The position numbers and the translations under genes were made by a program. DNA of 64,000 bases. It comes from Acidobacteriota bacterium. Its GTDB lineage: Bacteria > Acidobacteriota > Terriglobia > Acidiferrales > 2-02-FULL-67-57. Within the stretch, counting starts at the first letter, position 1; each line of letters starts with the position of its first letter. The stretch lies in the NCBI GenBank assembly GCA_037442885.1, contig JBBIPK010000006.1:4548-68547 (forward strand), given 5' to 3'. Below, in pieces: positions 63,019-64,000 of the stretch. The notes beneath the pieces were generated by a model. It saw nothing but the letters and a program-made list of their open reading frames with translations. It did not search any database and was not told where the DNA came from.

Positions 63019-63324
63019 AGGGCACCCCCATAGAAGAAACTTTCGAACGGTTCAGGTCTCAGCAGGCCGAACTGAGTTGGCAGGGAAGCTTGCCGCAGGC
63101 AGTGGCCGGTGTCAAGGAACGCGCGAGGGCCACAGGTCCGAGCATATGCAACTATTTGCACACATCCCAGAGTGGTTGATTAGTCAGCGTCGGACGACCC
63201 TCCTAGGCGTGACACTCACATCTTCCATTTGTTCCTCTCTAACCCCTTCATTTCAGGAGATATTCCACATAGAGGAGAGGAAGGAAAAAGGAAAGTACTA
63301 CGCAATTAAGTGACTATCCTCCTA

Positions 63325-63353
63325 TTGTACCTGTGACCCCGCATTAGTACTCT
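63325..63353 (+). promoter_or_regulatory. Weak candidate promoter for the PilZ gene
   Basis: TTGTAC, 17 nt spacer, TACTCT, 21 nt upstream of ATG 63375, at the edge of an AT-rich spacer. Confidence 0.25.
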
Positions 63354-63374
63354 CCCCGCCCGGGGAGCCCGCCC

Positions 63375-64000
63375 ATGGGGGAGAGCATAGACCGCCAAGT
63401 CGAGGAGTCGAAGCCGGTTGCGATGGATGCTCGGCAGCACCCTCGTGTCCCCTTGCTGACTCAGGTCGAGTCGCACTCGCCGGCCCTAGCCAGTCTGGGC
63501 CGTGCTCGGAACCTGAGCGTAGGCGGCATCCTGATCGAGACCCCCGAGACCCTGCCCGAAGGCGCCGACGTCATCGTCCGCTTCTTCGTTCCGCCGGGCC
63601 AGCAACCGGTGGAAGCGGTGGGGCGCGTAGTGCGCGCCGAGCCAGGACGTTCGATGGCGATAGCGTTCCTGGGTCTGCCAGCCAGCTACCGGCAGCGCAT
63701 CCTGCACTACGTGCGGGAGGTGCAAGGGGGAAAGAACGGGCTGCACCTGCCCCATCCCGCCACTCTCGTCCCGCAGAAGCGGCGCAGTGCCCGCGTCCCC
63801 CGTCGCCTAGCCGTGATGCTCAACTGGCAGGACGAAGACGGAAAAGTGCGGCAGGAGGCGGCCGAGACCAAGCTGCTGAGCCGTTACGGGGCTCTGCTCA
63901 GCTCCTACAGCTACATGCACCTCGAAGCCGGCCGCGTGGTGCGGCTCAGCTTGCCGGACGTGAGCAGCGAAGCCCGCTCGCGGGTCGTCTACAGCACACT
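63375..64000 (+). CDS. Tandem PilZ-domain protein (c-di-GMP receptor type); 3' end outside window
   Basis: Frame is open from ATG 63375 to the window end, and is absent from the ORF track because no stop is reached. First PilZ: RQHPR...NLSVGG. Second: RRSAR...LSRYG. Confidence 0.75.
   Translation, partial: MGESIDRQVEESKPVAMDARQHPRVPLLTQVESHSPALASLGRARNLSVGGILIETPETLPEGADVIVRFFVPPGQQPVEAVGRVVRAEPGRSMAIAFLGLPASYRQRILHYVREVQGGKNGLHLPHPATLVPQKRRSARVPRRLAVMLNWQDEDGKVRQEAAETKLLSRYGALLSSYSYMHLEAGRVVRLSLPDVSSEARSRVVYST

Overview
This is a high-GC, densely coding bacterial chromosomal segment using standard code 11; TGA, TAG and TAA all act as ordinary stops. Gene content suggests Acidobacteriota (inference only): an acidobacterial-type VWA protein, a TonB-ExbB-ExbD-ExbD-TPR cluster, and a four-helix-bundle '23S IVS' protein. 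Most of the window is housekeeping. It includes rplU-rpmA-obg-nadD-rsfS-rlmH, cobO, accD-folC-plsC, hslV/hslU, tal, and a three-gene biotin-dependent acyl-CoA carboxylase. It also includes rpmB, ridA, relA/spoT, tonB-exbBD, tgt-yajC-secDF, rpoD-dnaG, mutS2, dacB-hemB, lptD and several hydrolases. Genes run on the + strand up to about 25.2 kb and mostly on the - strand after that. Five observations go beyond routine annotation. (1) A glutaredoxin-like ORF is hidden by an in-frame TGA at the first Cys of its CxxC motif, and a SECIS-like hairpin follows immediately, so it is probably a selenoprotein. (2) That gene belongs to a 2.2 kb CsoR / MerT-HMA / Cys-rich metallochaperone cassette that splits hslV from hslU. 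(3) A family of tandem 7-8 nt repeat arrays (similar in form to cyanobacterial STRR repeats) sits at many gene boundaries, often as inverted pairs. These arrays bracket single genes and in several places are translated as part of ORFs. (4) A roughly 1 kb ORF-poor, hairpin-rich region upstream of tgt remains unexplained, and a repeat element is inserted in-frame in the tgt N-terminus. (5) An S41 peptidase homologue appears to lack both catalytic residues. No tRNA, rRNA, CRISPR array, transposase or recognisable defence system was found. All functional calls rest on motif recognition by eye, since no database search could be run.
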